Below are positions 37,432 through 54,523 of a DNA stretch of 64,000 nucleotides, piece by piece. The stretch is from Trichosphaerium sp. ATCC 40318 (taxonomy: Eukaryota > Protista > Tubulinea): assembly GCA_038496445.1 (NCBI GenBank), contig JALMLS010000056.1, forward strand, positions 341,243-405,242, read 5' to 3'. Within the stretch, counting starts at the first letter, position 1, and each line of letters opens with the position of its first letter. The notes beneath the pieces were generated by a model that searched no databases, had not been told where the DNA came from, and worked only from the letters and a program-made list of their open reading frames with translations. Position numbers and translations under genes: made by a program.

Positions 37432-39992
37432 ATGACCATCAAAAAGGTCAAACAAACCTTGAAGGCTGAAGGTTCGCCGAACCACTTCTACAAACTAAAA
37501 GGGCCTCTAACATTGGAGCTCTTAGTGATGAAGCTCGTGCCTAAAAGTACGCAACTCTTCTATGCTTTGTGCCCTGGTCGCACGTGTTCTTTTCATCGTT
37601 ACCTTCTTGTCTTGTTACTCACAATCCTGTAGATCCTACTGGCAAAGGGCCGGACTCTAAGATACCTTCACCAGAAAAGAAGAAGGAAGCAGCAGAGGAA
37701 ATCAAAAAGGGGTATAAAGCGGTTAGGATGTTGGGTCCACAAAAGCTAAAATATCCCACGCTTGAACTACCAAATAAAGTCCAAACAGCGAGGGCAACAG
37801 AAGAAACGCGTAAACTGGAGGCGCTTTCTGACCCTTCTGACGACGAGGAGTCTTCAGAGAAGAAACAGCCTTCTGAAGACACAACTCTGGCGGAATTGAA
37901 GTCCATGGTGATTGATATGGGTGCTAAAACCAAAGCTCAGCTACAACAAGTCGAGAAAAAGTACGATACTCAGCTGCAAGAAGTCGAGAGAAAGTACAGT
38001 GCGCATATAGCTGAGCGCGATAACCAGCTTGCAGAAGTAAAGCGCGAGCACTATACTCATATAGCTGAAGTAAAGGCTTCCGTGATAGATCTCCAAGAAA
38101 GAGCGAGGTTGCAGAAAGAGTTTCCTTTTCGTGGCACTACCTTATCGCCAATGATTCGATGCGGTACGTTAATTGGTTCTCATTCAAAACACCGTTTCAA
38201 AACATGTTCGTATATTGTAACGCTAAATGATTATGTAGATTATAGCTTGACACTTGCGGAATTGAACTCGAGGGCATACCTTTTTAGGGAACAAACCCCG
38301 TGGGTAGAAAAGCTTATAGAGCAGTTTGCTGCGTATCCCAGCCATTCATCAATCAGCGTTGAAAAGATGAAAACTGAAGACGACTTAAATGACGAGATGG
38401 TGGCCTTATTGAGGAGGTCTAAGATACCGTTCTTGCAAGTACACAACACGCATGAGAAGTGCGTTTTTGGCGAGGATGGCACGTGCCGAAAGTACAAGCC
38501 GGATATTACTTTTACAGCCATTGGCGATGAAAGTAAAAACCCTGGCATAACCCAAGTTGTTTCAGTTATTGAAATAAAACTAGACAACATTAGCAAGAGT
38601 GCTATGGGTCAGCATACGTACGTTAAATAAACAACTCTCAATCAGTTTTCTCTTTTATTTGTTTTTTTTTTTAAGTATTTACCTTTCTTTTGTAGGAGTG
38701 CTCTGTGCAACATCATGCTTGCACAATCGCCGAGACAGTTCATTACTGGTATCTTGGCAACCAGGAAAGAGATAATGTTCACTTGGATGGAGTGGCATGG
38801 GCAGGACAGTCCCAAACCATTCTCGTTTTATTTCTCGCGTAGGTATTCAATTGTGAAACCTAAATCAAAGGGTACTCTCCTTTTCAACAAGTACTTGAGC
38901 TGTACACCCAAACAGCTCGGGTGGTCTTTCCCTACATTTAAAATCAATGGGATACCATGCACACCAAGGAAACAGCTTGGGAGCGGTGCTACCGCTAAAG
39001 TATTCGAGCTCAACGCTGGCTACGAGCGTTTTGTTGTCAAAATATTCAAAGAAGGCAACAAAAATGTAATGGCTTCTGAGGTCAAGGTATTGAAGGACCT
39101 ACTGCCTCTGAGAATACCTGGTATACCAGTATACGTACGTAGAGCCTCTTAAGACTCTTACTTGCTTTCTTTTATCGAATTTTTACAACCCTTTTCTCAC
39201 TTTTTTTTTGTTTAGCACACAGCTGGGATCGAAGAAGGCGATCACTACATCATAACGTCTCCTTTATGTGATCGCATACGGAATTCCATAAACGACTGTC
39301 CGTCTATGGTTCAATTCGTGGAAGTAATGGAGAGGTATCATGCAGGCGGATACATTCACAGGTACGACCTTTTTTTTCATTTTGCATTATCAACTTACGT
39401 CTTTGGCTTTAGGGACATAACCCCAACAAACATTATGGTCCTTAACGGTACAGCCCAAATTGTAGACTTTGGGTTGGCTGTTGAAGAAGGAACCTGTGTG
39501 CTAAAGCACCAAGGAACCTTCATGTACGCGGCTACAGAGATTATAGATGCGCACATTACCAATGAGCCTGTTGAATACAAATTTGCTCACGACTTAATCT
39601 CTCTTGTCCGAGTTTGGATATTCTTGGACTCTGAGAATAAGACGAAAGCTGCTATCATTCAGCTTTACAGTAAAGTTGATTGGTATTCTCAAGACGTTGG
39701 AACCAAGGAAGAGTTCTCGGACTTTATGAATTATCTCGCTTTTCTAGAAAAGACTGTCCCTAAGTATGAGAAAGCGTTAACGCTTGCTCGTGACACTGAC
39801 TACAAAGGACTGAAGACATTCTTCCAGTATCATATGCCTCAAGCTGGGCTAGACGACTTCAACGCCGTAAAAAATACGTTTAAACATTACTCACCAAAGA
39901 GAAAGGCTGTTGACGATATTGATGATAGAGATCCCAAACGTCAAAAGAAAACACCTATTGTAAATACACCTGTAGATAATAATAAAATGTAA
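37432..39992 (+). CDS. Crinkler-type coiled coil + PD-(D/E)XK restriction-endonuclease-fold + protein kinase fusion, 4 introns
   Basis: TEDDLN...HNTH...KPDITF...VVSVIEIK...MGQ...QSPRQFITGILAT nuclease; LGW linker; LGSGATAKV, VVKIF, IHR|DITPTNI, IVDFGLA, GTFMYAA and HDLISL kinase motifs; NLS PKRK...PKRQKK. Confidence 0.85.
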
Positions 39993-40158
39993 AAATATTG
40001 TACCATAACCTTTGCGTACAACTTCTTTTTTTAATCTGCCAGAGGAATTAAGTTAAGTACACTACAACTATGTGTAACACAAAACATTCAACGGCATTTT
40101 CTTTAATACGTCACTGTACGTCATGGACTTTACCACATCTCGCTAAGCGTTGGTAACA

Positions 40159-41418
40159 ATGCCCTCAAGCAGTGTATTCTTGCAACTACCAACCGAAATA
40201 CTCATTTTGGTATTGGAGAAGCTACGAGCTATTGACAGATATGTTGTAGTACAGTGTAACCGCTTTTTGGCGGATATAGTCCATTTTAGAATTGGCTTTA
40301 TTCGTGCAGTTCTAAAATCCAGCGGACGTTCACTCAGAACGTCTCTAAAGTCTAACAGGCACAGAAAACTAAAACAACTCGTTGGATACGATGGCATTCT
40401 TGCACACACGTTTATAGACGCCCGCGCGCTTAAATCGAGTGATCTATATTGTATACGTAAAGCAAGAAAGGTAGTAATGCCTCCAAACGTAACGTACGGT
40501 AATTTGCGAAAATTTACCGAGCTGAAAACGGTGATTTTATCGGGCCAGAAGAAACTTACGAAAGGTTGCTTCCAAGCTCTCGCAGGTATTCATACGATAG
40601 ATTTATCAGAATCTAATGTTTCGGACAAGGGTTTAAAGGCACTGAAAGGTGTCAAGATCATTTACTTGAACAGGTGCACTCAAATAAGTGACAAAGGTAT
40701 TAGCGCTTTGACTGGTGTACATACAATCGGTCTCAGTAAGACACGTGTCACTGACAAGGGACTTAATGAGTTGATTGGAGTGCGTAGTATAAACCTTGAC
40801 GGGTGTTCTGGTGTCACAGATGAAGGCTTAAAGTCACTAACCAATGTTCACTCTATCAACTTGTTGCACATGAATCATATCACAAACGAAGGTGTTAAAA
40901 GCCTCAAGGGAGTCCATGCAATTACGCTTTGCAAGAGACTAAATGACGAAGCTATAATGGCCTTAAGTGTTGTACATACTGTGCATCTACTTGGCCTCTC
41001 TTCTATCACAGATCGTGGGATTGAGGCTTTGGCAGGAGCGACTAATGTGTCGATAGTCAGGTGCAAAGGTATCACAGACAGAGGCATAACTTCACTAGCT
41101 GGTGTAAAGATTGTTCATCTTCAAAACGTTGATGTAACTGATAAAGCACTTACGGCTCTGGAAGGAGTAGATTCTTTAAGCTTGATACATTGTACAGAAG
41201 TAAGCAATAGAGGGTTGCGCAGTTTGATAGGCGTTAGAAACTTTAAGATTGTTGGAAACGATAAAGTTACTGGCAAGGGACTACTGACTCTGCAAGGGAG
41301 TCTGGAAAGACTATTCGTTAGTGACTGTCAACGCATAAGGCGTGTTTCTAGAACATTACGGTCAATTATGACGGACGACTGGCCCAACAATTGGAACATC
41401 CAAGAGCCTCTATATTGA
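40159..41418 (+). CDS. Intronless F-box/LRR protein
   Basis: FLQLPTEILILVLEKL...VVQCNRFL F-box; about 11 GVxxIxLxxxxVTDxGLxxL repeats. Confidence 0.92.
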   Translation: MPSSSVFLQLPTEILILVLEKLRAIDRYVVVQCNRFLADIVHFRIGFIRAVLKSSGRSLRTSLKSNRHRKLKQLVGYDGILAHTFIDARALKSSDLYCIRKARKVVMPPNVTYGNLRKFTELKTVILSGQKKLTKGCFQALAGIHTIDLSESNVSDKGLKALKGVKIIYLNRCTQISDKGISALTGVHTIGLSKTRVTDKGLNELIGVRSINLDGCSGVTDEGLKSLTNVHSINLLHMNHITNEGVKSLKGVHAITLCKRLNDEAIMALSVVHTVHLLGLSSITDRGIEALAGATNVSIVRCKGITDRGITSLAGVKIVHLQNVDVTDKALTALEGVDSLSLIHCTEVSNRGLRSLIGVRNFKIVGNDKVTGKGLLTLQGSLERLFVSDCQRIRRVSRTLRSIMTDDWPNNWNIQEPLY

Positions 41419-41702
41419 TGTCAGCCACTTACTAAGTGCTGTATTTTCGCAGTACGCTTTTAAGGTGCAAGTGTTCTGAATTTCTGATACAGGGGCGTGT
41501 TTAGCCAAAACTAAGAGTAGCGACACTTACCAGCAAAAAGCAGATTGTGAAAACTGTAGTGCAATCACGTGCAAATCTATTCTTCGTAGAGTATGTATGA
41601 GCAAATATTGAGACGTAACAGTTGACCAAGTAGCGCATTGTGCTACTTCAATACAAATACAGTTTTTATTCAATCTTTTAAGTTGTATCCAGCCTCATTT
41701 GA

Positions 41703-44040
41703 ATGGCGAAAGTTTGTTACTTAGTTCGTGCACAGCCTCAAAAACGAGCCGGTGGAAAATTAAAACAAATGCAATTAGAATACCCAATTCACGTGGGAGT
41801 ACGCTTTTTTACCTTTTTGGTATTTTATGTCAGTGGAAAATGGTCAACAAACAGTGAAAAAGCAAATCTTAGCTTAAACGTGATAGCTCGTATAATAGAC
41901 GTTCAAGTACAATGGCTAGGCTCGAAGGACGGTACGTAAGCTTTTTTAAGCCAATCTAAAGTTATAGGGACGCAACAAGCGAGAAAGTCTCTACAAAATG
42001 GTTTACAGACTCTAAATGGAATATAGAGCTTAAACAAATGGAAGGAAAAGGTAAATTTGGCTTGTATAGGCAATATACCTTCCAGTTTGTCATAAATGGC
42101 TAAATACGATTTAGGATACGGTATTCAAGCTACAGACAATTTGTCAAGCGGAGAGTTATTGATGACTTGCGACCCATACGTCTACGTGCCATACGAACCT
42201 GTCAAACACTTTGTGTGCGCGTATTGCATGCGAAAATTTGTTGACATACCGACTCTCACAGCAGACATTCCAGGTACAATGTCTCTACTTCTATCACCTC
42301 TAACACCCGTACAGTTCTTGATCAGTTCTCTGACGCATCAACAGACACAACAAAACCCCTTGGCGAAGATAACACAACAACAGATAAAGCCATCTTTCAG
42401 CCTGTACCATCTCCCAGTGGTCAGGTTTGGTAAGGCTCTTTGTGCTTGAACTTTAAGCTTAATCTCTTCCATAGGTATTGTAGTAATGAATGTAAGGATC
42501 TAGACGCACCAGAGCACATGGCATACGAAGTAGCAGCGTTAACGAAAATGGATACGAAGTGGTTAAAAGTTCGCGAAATTTCTTTACATTCTTTTTACTT
42601 AGATGGCTATTTAGGATTACTACTGTTTCTGTCCTGATCTTACAACAGATTTAAGACTACTAATGAGAGCCATGAATAAACGTCAGGTAGCTTTAGATAA
42701 AATGGAGGCACAGAAAGGCAAAAACAATGGAAACACAGTGCGTCATTGCAACAGCCTTTGTTTCTTTTTTTTTTGTCTCAACATGTTTTACATTAATCAA
42801 CATGTTCTGCCTTAGGTGGATGAATTTACAGCTGAGTATGGACACCTAATATCTAATAAAGAATGCTACGATGCAGATACACTCGAAGGCCTTAAAAAGG
42901 TTGCACAAATTGCAAATTGGCTCATGCCAGAAGTACGTAAACCTGGCACTTAAAATAAATATATGTAAAATGTGCTTATTACATATCAGAAAGCGCGAAT
43001 GGATGAAGATGAGTTAGTTGATATCTATTTGAAGCACAGAGTGAACATGTTTGGTATTTGGGTACTGCAAAGGCGAAAACTACTTTGGCCGCTTACCACT
43101 GCTCTAGGGCCTTGAAGGCGAATGTCTAGGCTATGGCGTTTACACAAAAGGCAAGGTTACCACACCCTATACATCAACATTAACATTCGCGTAGCGTCAT
43201 TTTTTAATCACTCGTGTTGGCCAAATACTACCTTTCACAGAAGTGAAACAAACAAATCACCTACTCTTGAATTCTATGCAATCTATGACATTAAAAAAGT
43301 ATACTGTTTTAAAAGCCATTACTGTGTTTTTCTTTTTTTACCTCTAACATTTTTGGTGCTAGGAAAACGAAGTATGCATATCATACACAGAAGTGTCTAC
43401 GGCCGTAGCAGATCGAAGAAAAGCTCTAAAAGAAAAGTACTTGTTTCAATGCGGTTGTTATCGCTGTAGGTTCCAATCTGACTACCCTCACTTGCCTGAT
43501 CCGTACGCTATATCATGTAGTTGCATTCATAGGTTAACTAGTGTACAGGTACTTTGAATCTTCAGAAGTTACACTGGAACAACAAGCGAAGGATTTGGCG
43601 GAAGACGCTAGCGATGAGATTCCAAAAAAACATCGCGTGACACTAGGTAAGTTGACAGTTTTCGTAACCTTGTATACTGGCCAATGCTTAGTGCTTTGAA
43701 GGTAAGCGTATTGAGGTATTCTGGGAGGATATTGATGATGTGTGGCACAGTGGCGAAGTCATAAAATACAAACACAAAACAAATTCATACTTAATAAAAT
43801 ATGATGACGGTGAGTCATTATGGGAAGTTTGGAGGAGTACGTATTAAATAGTATATAGCTGAACAATACAAAAATATGATAACCAAACTCAATAGGTAAA
43901 CAATGGCGATGGTAGTACTACCATCCAGAAAAAAAAAAGAAAAGAAAAAGAAAATCAAAAAAAAACAAATAAAAAAATTAACTGAATTACTTTGTGCACG
44001 CGCCAGAACAAAGTATCCCGGTAACATTCATGCGTATTAA
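41703..44040 (+). CDS. SET-MYND (SMYD) lysine methyltransferase with C-terminal Tudor-like domain, multi-intron (3' end approximate)
   Basis: GYGIQATDNLSSGELLM, CAYC...YCSNECK, ASFFNHSCWPN, EVCISY and YLFQCGCYRC; then GKRIEVFWEDIDDVWHSGEVIKY...YLIKYDDG. Confidence 0.85.
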
Positions 44041-44095
44041 ATATCAAACAAAAACCGAATGCCATGGTGTATTGTACAATTTTGTTGGTTTTAAT

Positions 44096-45667
44096 CTAAG
44101 ATGCCTGTTGAATTTTACAAATGTCTTCGTATGCCTTAATGAGCACTTTACCATGATAGGCACCTTTAGTAAGCTCTATCTTGGTATTATAGTCATCATA
44201 ATTAACCTTACGTAGAACACCAACTTCACCACGGTGAGCGCCATTGACAATCCTAACATTGCTTCCAAGTTTAGGAATAACAGTTTCAAGATCATTCTGA
44301 TCTAGCTTTAGCTTCATCCTCTTCCCATCGACTTCTACTTTTACTAATCCCACATAACGATCAATAACCTTCTCAACGACACCTAGTAACCCATCGTGAG
44401 TCGATAAACAACAACAGACAGGCATCAATGACAAACGTACCTTTCAATTTATAGAACATGCCATCCTTTAGTTTTCTGTTCATAATCTTAACAACAATAC
44501 CTTTACAAAGCCAGTAATCTTTACGTGCTAAAATCTCGCGTCTATATTCATTCTCTCCTTTTAAAGCATCCAAAGCGCTTAATTTCCTCTGTTTAGAGTC
44601 CTTCTGCTTTTGAAAAGGTGGTTGCAGCTTCCTTTTTCTTGTACTACAAAAAACAACGATCCAATTAACAAATGCCTTAACCTTACATTATTGTACCTTA
44701 AGTTGTTGTCTTTAGGTGCTCCATCTTCTTGCTCATCATCCAGAGCAAAACTGGACAGTTTAGGCTTCAATATAGGCTTTTTTTGCTGCACAGTTGTCGA
44801 CTTTATATTAAATGTTATAGCACTGTCATTTTCATCTCTCTTGAGCGCTGTAGGCTCATTCTCCTCAGCTTCTCTATTTTCTATTTCTCTGGCAGCTTGC
44901 ATTTGCCTCTCTATCAATTTTTGGTTCCTGTACTCATCATCTTTTTTCATCTTTTCTTTCTTCTTTAGCTCCTCCTGACGCTTCAAAACTACAACCAAAT
45001 AAGCTCAAAAAATACACATATGACCCTGTGACATCGTGGAAATACAATTGGCCGCCACAAAAAAAATGTCTTGAAAAAAAAAAACAATCACGTGCCTGTT
45101 GGATCACGATCAATGTACTTGATGTACAAGCCCTTTTCAGTTTCATCAACTTCGCATATATTTCTCTTTGCAAGACTGCGTATATAACTACCAAGTGTAT
45201 GCCATTTTGTTGCGTTAAGATGAACGTGATTACGATCAGAAATGACCTCTTGATAGATTTTGTTTGCAAATACGCGCTTGTTACGGTATCTGCGCTTGAG
45301 AATATCTTGATAGACTTTATCGAATTCTTTCGAAAAGTTATCAAGGAATTGACCTGGGCGCTCGGAAAACACCAACATCATACGTTGATGACCCTCTGAC
45401 ATGGTGTGGCACTATTTTTATTGATTAATACAGTTTATTCTCACAATTGCGCTATTTAAACGTACTTTAAACCCATTTGCGTCTCGACACTGCCTGAGGA
45501 CAATATTAGTGAATATAAATTTAAATAGCTCGTATTTCGTACTTGGAGCACATTTCGCAATACCAACGCAACTTCTGAAGGCCAGCAGCCTAATACAGGT
45601 TAAATCGTACCTTTAACGTTTGTTTTACCTTCATTTGCTTTGCCAATCTCTTACGTGCTTCCGCCAT
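44096..45667 (-). CDS. KIN17: DNA/RNA-binding protein KIN17
   Basis: GLQKLRWYCEMC..QCRDANGFKCHTMSEGHQR; HVHLNATKWHTL; KLDQNDLETVIP...YEDICK. Confidence 0.96.
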
Positions 45668-48342
45668 TGCGTGTATAGGGTATTTACTATCAATTGGCAA
45701 TAACAAATGTTGTTGACTTTTGGCGTGTTATTTGTAAAGGCAATGCCTTTGTGGAAAAATCTGAGTATTGCTCTACAAACGGCTGCACAGAATTATCTTT
45801 GTCCATCATGCTACAGTTATTCTTTACTGGTAGACGCTCGGATAGTTGAATAAAGGTACGTTCAAAACAAACATCGCTGATAAGCAAAGAATAGACTGTC
45901 TTGGGTTCCAGGGGTACCCGTTGTCAATGGTCCTCAGTTTTAGAGTATTAAAAATAGGAATTTGGAGCCTGTCAAAAGTGAAGCAAGAAAGTATACTGGA
46001 GTACTTATCCTTCTCGCGAAAATGAGCGATAGAACACTAAAAGTAGTTTTCGCATACCAAGAGCAACAAATAGTGCAAGAGGTAAACAGTGCACCATAAT
46101 TATGACTTTCAATTTGAAGCAACAACTATTAACATTGCTACAACTTAGCTAGGGTCACATGACAAGGTGTTCAGGAGAATTTTGTTTATTTATCTTACAA
46201 AGAAAGTTCATAGGTGCGCGTCATCCTCACATAGCCGCTAAGTATAAGTGTAATAGCAATGTCAATTTCTCGGTTGAGTACTTCCTCTGTTACTTTAAGC
46301 TACTCTCTTATCAACCATTCCATAACCTACATGATGGACCATTAGCAAATAACCGTGGTTCCTACTAATTCCACCTAATGAGATACTTCGCATGAAACAT
46401 GCGTTTTCTTTACAGCGTTGTGTTTTACGCTCCCGAAAAAAAAAACCTAACACCTTTGTTCATAGCATGGAAAGAGTTTGTTGTGGACGAAGCACTAAAA
46501 GTAGTCGATGCCCACCAAGCATTACAGAGTGGGCTTTTAAACTACCTCAAAAAATGCTCAATAGTGTTGATGCCGCTGTTGTTGTAGCTGCTTGCGGCAA
46601 ATCGAATGAAAAAACGTTTCAGTGGCGTGTATCAAACGTGAACAGCAACTGTTGCATTCACTGAAAAATTGCTGAGAAAGCTGGCAGTTGCATAGCCCTG
46701 AGGACTTCAAAGACAGTCATGGGAGACCTATCAAACAAGCTTAATTCGCATGTACCCCAACTGGACTACCAAGAAGCACAAATGTACGTACGAAACTAGA
46801 GAAGAAAAAAATCCAAGTCACTTTTTGATTGTTTTTTTAGTGGTAGCGCTTCCTCTGCGAACACTGCGCAAAAAACCATAGATGCTAAGAATGTAAGTGC
46901 GTAAATGCTATTGGGGTTATCACTCTAATAAAGAAATGTCAACGACATTCCCCAAATAGCTTCCGTTTTTTCGCAATTGTTGCCTGGCAGTTTTATATAA
47001 TATGAGCAAAACTCAATTGTTTATCTATTGCACATATGCCTTTTTCATTTCCGCTTTACTTGCTTCTATAAAACACAACGCTACCTTTATTCACGCCTAG
47101 GATGGCTGCCAGTAAAATACGCCCCTTCAGTACGCATGCCGTCGCTGCTACAACTTTTTACTCCACTGCCACCAACAACGCACAACAGGAAATGAAGGCA
47201 CGTTCAATTCGCGCACCTCAAAAAATACGTATAAGGATACAAGAAAAAGACGGGAACAAATGAAGAATTTTCCAAGTTCGATTCATCGATAGACAATCGC
47301 CTTTTGCGACTCGCGCGTTTTTGTACACCTGTGCATCTACAAGGGTTTATTGCAAACCAACACAAAGACACAGGTGTGAACATGCTATAGCAGTATCACT
47401 TACTTGGCTACCTGAGAAAAGAGTAAGTTTGGGATAGTAAAAACGCAAACAAACAGAGTTATTAATAGCTATCAGTATAGCTAGTAATATCATCAAAAAA
47501 ATTAAGCGTGGTGCATGAAGGCATCATAATGTTGGGCAAAAAGATTTTTGTGAATAAAGCGCGAACGTACCAAACTGGAAATAAGGCGATCGTCTATCTG
47601 TTGGTGCGGCCATGTTGTAAGGAACTCTAAGAAAACGATTAGCCTTTGGGTCATTGGAAAATCGTCAAACAAAAGTTTTTGTTTTAAAAGCCTCAGAAGA
47701 AAGAAGACCCTTGTGTTTATTTAGTCCGCATGCAATTAGCGCTGGTCAGAGTTTGACTCTCACAAAGTCATCATGTGCGAAAAGTTCAAAAAAAAAGTTG
47801 AGAAATAGATGATAACCACGTACGTATTGGGTAAAACCTGCGCTCCCACCACTCTGTTATGCCACTGAGCGTGTTGTCAGGCGCCAGAAGTCACAGCGAA
47901 GAGGCGTGGCAGGTGGCATGGCGAATAATGAGCTTGAGGTGGAGAGGCGTTGCTGTGTTGTTGAGGCTTGAGATTAAGTGCAGAATTATAAAACTTAAAC
48001 TAGCGAGGGTTAAGTCCATCTGCTGCGCAAACTGGTTCGAGTTGAACGCAGTTGCTATCTCAGTTTTGGTCTATTACTTCACGCGTGTATTGTGGCACAT
48101 TTAACGTGGAGTGGTAAACCCCTTAGACGCTAATTTTATTCCAGCGACACTGTGAACATCACTTTTCGCCGGAAGCTAGCGAATGAAGCAAACGGGTTCA
48201 AATTTTAACGTACTGATAGTAAACTGTCTAATAGAGTGCGGTATTAAACGCTCACATTTAACGCGATGGTATTGGTGAGTTCTATGTAAGAAACAATCCA
48301 CAGCGGTGTTTTTTTGACTATAATTTGGGTCAAAGTAATTTT

Positions 48343-48354
48343 TTTCGCGGGAAA
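48343..48354 (-). promoter_or_regulatory. Candidate E2F-type site upstream of SPT16
   Basis: TTTCCCGCGAAA on the minus strand (matches TTTSSCGC) about 35 nt before the SPT16 ATG. Confidence 0.35.
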
Positions 48355-48386
48355 AAGCATATTTCGTACGCAACAACAAGGCCGCC

Positions 48387-52747
<4,361 letters not shown>

Positions 52748-52925
52748 TTTTTTTGTGTAATAACTGTACAATTCTAGAAGATTTTTTGCATTAAAAAGTG
52801 TTGGTGCATGACGTTTTTATGTGGTGTCGTTTTTGTACTTGAAATACTTGCAATTTTCCACCTGAATCACTTGACTTGTTGTATAACCGTTTACTTGTTG
52901 CTTTGGCTCTGTTAAAGCGTAATAA

Positions 52926-54482
52926 ATGCTTCTACAAGGGAGTAGGCGTTGTGTTATGGCCAAGAGCACTCGAATTTCTCATAGAACGATATTTGTTGAT
53001 ACTACAGCGGATTCAGTACTACCACAACCCAAAGATGAAGACTATTTGAAATTCAGAAATAGTAATTTGAGGCGCATTCTTTACAAACACAGAAGGGTAC
53101 CTACGCATTAAATAGCCATTGTTAACGCCCACAAGCTATCAAAAACGGGGTATGAACTCAGAAAACTTAAAAGTCGCACCTACAGTGTCAAACGCGTTTT
53201 CGTTAATACAGAGAGCGCTTGACGATGGTTTAAGTATTGTTAGGTTAACAAAGCAAGTTATTGCTACACGAGACCAGCTAAAGAAGGTAACTACAATATT
53301 GTAGCGATGACGCGCTAATTAGGTAGGACATAACGGTTGCTGAAGGAGTTGAGGGTGTCAATGAAGCATTTTGGTTAGCCTACTCCATCAGAACGCAAGT
53401 ACATAGAGAAATAGCGAAGTATCCAAGGTACGTTATTGTTGACTTGACATTTTGCTCTTTTTCTAATAAAACGCATAGCTGGGTAGTGCTACAATCAAGA
53501 ACGAAGGATCTACCGCTTTTTACGCCATTTGAAAAGAAACGTACGAGAAAATGGGCTGAAATGACTGGGCTTTTTTTACAGGACTGACACGTTGTAGATT
53601 TATATTTCGCTTTTTCCAGTACACAAGCGTACCAAGCAGTGCAAAAACAATTGGATGGACTTGATTTATTTCCAGGTGAGTTTCATGGTTACCTTAGGAT
53701 TCAACTAAAGGATATTTGATGTAGTTTCGTTTGCTGACTTTGCAAGTACAAAGAATTTACAAATTATGACTGGAAAGAAACTTGCTTTTGAAGTTTGGCC
53801 GTACCTTGTACAACACGCACAAAGCAAGAAAGAAGACGTTACATTGCATATAGATTTTGGATCAAATCATAGGTTCAGTAGCCAGATCTCTGAGGTGCAA
53901 TTTAAAGGACATAAAGGATATCACGTGTACTAATAGAAAATGATAGCTTTCTAATTTTAAAGTGGATGCCTCTAGCACTCTTCTTGAATCACAAATAAGA
54001 GCCAGTCCCACTTTAAAAGATGAGGTATGGTAGTGTATGGTAGCGAACGAGCACTAATCTCTGTTCATTTAGGCAACAAGAAAATTGACTGCCAGTTTTA
54101 ATTACTATGTATTAATCAAAGAAAACTTGGAAGAACATGACATAGATTTGATTCGAGGTCAGGATGAAAATATAGTTGCCTTTACAACAGAAAGTTATGC
54201 TCTTTGGTTCGGCGCACATTTAGTGCACACTGACAACAAAAAGAAAACGCGTGTAGTTAAGATGGACGGTATGTTTCACATATCCCTTTTTTTTTTTCTC
54301 CCTTGTTTCCTCTCCAAACTGACAATATTTTAGATGTTTTTGGACACGCTTACAGCAGAGGAGTTGGTGTTATAATCAACGCAGGAAAAGAATACTTTTC
54401 AGTGTTTGATAAGGAGGCTATTACTGTTGTTGTACCCTCCAATGATGTAGTGAAATTTTTGTTCAAGAAAGATGAAGAATGA
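52926..54482 (+). CDS. Uncharacterised protein, possible mitochondrial presequence and SseB-like domains, multi-intron
   Basis: Arg/Ser-rich non-acidic N-terminus; YFAFSST and NIVAFTTES...DVFGHAYSRGVGVIINAG segments. Confidence 0.55.
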
Positions 54483-54523
54483 ATGCTTGAAAAAACCCAA
54501 AATCTGTCTGATTTATTTTTATC

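Noticed and set aside
46159-46900. Possible gene between KIN17 and SPT16
   Set aside because: Only short stop-interrupted frames with no recognisable domain; cannot support a call.
47870-47910. SRP RNA helix 8
   Set aside because: CAGG is present, but the GNRA tetraloop stem and the AGCAG motif do not fit.
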